Assembly (NCBI RefSeq): GCF_963921235.1
Contig: NC_086107.1
Location: forward strand, 95,296,001 to 95,356,000
From: Mobula hypostoma
Taxonomy: Eukaryota
DNA: 60,000 nt
Reading direction: 5' to 3'
The notes beneath the pieces are model-generated. The model saw only the letters and a program-made list of their open reading frames with translations, ran no database searches and was not told where the DNA came from. Position 1 is the stretch's first letter. Every line of letters begins with the position of its first letter. Position numbers and translations under genes: made by a program. Below, one piece after another: positions 58,590 to 60,000 of the stretch.

Positions 58590-59745
58590 CTGCAAGGCCA
58601 TGGGATATAGGAGCAGAACAAGGCCATTCAGCCCATCTAGGCTGCTCCCCACCCAACTGTGCTGCATTTAAAAATCATCCCGCTTTCTCCCCTAACGCTT
58701 AACTCCCCTCACTAATCAAGAACCCATCAATCTCTGCCCAATGATTTGGCCTCCAAAGCCATCTGTGGCAGTGAATTCCACAGATTCACCACCCTCCCGC
58801 TGAAGAAACTCCTCCTCACCTCTGTTCTAAAGGGGCATTCCTCCAGCTTGAGGCTGTGCCCTTGGGTCCCAGACTCTCCCACTGATGGAGACATCCTCTG
58901 CACGTCCACTCTATCCACCCCTTTCAGTATCTAGGAAACTTTCAACAGAATCACCTCTCCTCGTCCTTCTGAATTCCACCGAGTAAAGGCCAGAGCCATC
59001 AAATGCTCCTTAACCCGTCTTGTGAACCTCAGCTAGACTCTTTCCAGGGCCAACACATCCTTCCTTAGATACAGGGCCAAAAACTGCTCACGATACTCCA
59101 AACGTGATCTGACCAATGTCTCAGAAAGCCTCAGCAATACATCCTTGCTTTTACAGGGTCCCACTGCAAGGAGACAGTCTCCCTGGACCTACTGATCAGG
59201 ATCTCCATCTAACGTGGTCCTGTTGGCTCACATTTGGCCGACATCCCTCCAGACCTTTCCTGTCCACATATCTGTCCAAGTACCTTTCAATGTACCTGCC
59301 TCAACCACTTCTCTGGCAGCTGGTTCCATATCCCGACCACTGGGTGAATCCTATTAAATCTCGTCCCTCTCACCTTAAACCTGTGCTCTCTGGTTCTTAA
59401 TTCCCCAACCCCAGAGAAAACATTATGTTCATTCACTCTCTCTATCATGATGTTATATACCTCAATAAGTTCACAGCTCAATCTCTTATGCTCCAAGGAA
59501 TAAAGTCCCAAACTCTCTCCATAACTTCTTAGACCCTCGAGTCGCAGAAACGTTCTCCTAAATCTCCTCTGAACTGCTTCCAGCTCAGACCAAGACTAAG
59601 CACAATACTCCAAGTGCAGCCTCACCCACATCTTGTACAACTGTAATGTAACATTCTGACTTTTATACTCATTGTACTGACTGGTGAAGGCCAGCACGCC
59701 AAATACTTCTCACCCCCTGTCTCTTTGTCTCCATTTTTGTGTACC
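58590..59745 (-). mobile_element. Two CR1-type LINE 3' fragments
   Basis: Minus strand [24 protein letters not shown] and LGLYSLEHKRLSCELIEVYNIM. Confidence 0.8.
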
Positions 59746-59746
59746 T

Positions 59747-60000
59747 GTACCCCAGGGTCTCTCTGTTCCCTCGGACCCTGTCACTCACTGTACAAGTCCT
59801 GTACCCCTGGGTCTCTCTGTTCCCTCAGACCCTGCCGCTCACTGTACAAGTCCTGTACCCCAGGGTCTCTCTGTTCCCCCGGACCCTGCCGCTCACTGTA
59901 CAAGTCCTGTACCCCAGGGTCTCTCTGTTCCCTCGGACCCTGTCACTCACTGTACAAGTCCTGTACCCCTGGGTCTCTCTGTTCCCCCAGACCCTGCCCT
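59747..60000. repeat. 54-bp minisatellite running off the window end
   Basis: GTACCCCAGGGTCTCTCTGTTCCCTCGGACCCTGTCACTCACTGTACAAGTCCT starts at 59747, 59801, 59855 and 59909. Confidence 0.92.

Overview
This is vertebrate genomic DNA, not prokaryotic. The GC-rich, simple-repeat-dense sequence with CR1, Rex1/Babar, Penelope-like and V-SINE elements and a dispersed 52-bp minisatellite suggests a cartilaginous fish, probably a ray (inference). I rebuilt four spliced genes by hand, with GT-AG boundaries and consistent phases. (1) The 3' half of THOC6 (+, 7 exons, 1062-8497). (2) A complete HCFC1R1/HPIP orthologue (+, 5 exons, about 16299-19970), with an extra exon that resembles CCDC117. (3) A complete, divergent RAB35 paralogue (-, 6 exons, 202 aa, 35891-22817), whose CpG-island promoter has a consensus RFX X-box and two CRE sites. 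(4) The 3' part of BICDL2/CCDC64B (-, 7 exons, 58531-43767). The THOC6-HCFC1R1-BICDL2 neighbourhood matches human 16p13.3, and the Rab35-like/BICDL2 pair mirrors the human RAB35/BICDL1 pair, which points to a retained ohnologue. Introns and intergenic DNA hold nested transposons, several Penelope-derived minimal hammerhead ribozyme motifs, an H2A pseudogene fragment and many minisatellites, two of which visibly arose from LINE sequence. Most ORFs in the supplied track are spurious. Comparisons to human proteins and gene order are from recalled knowledge, not database searches.
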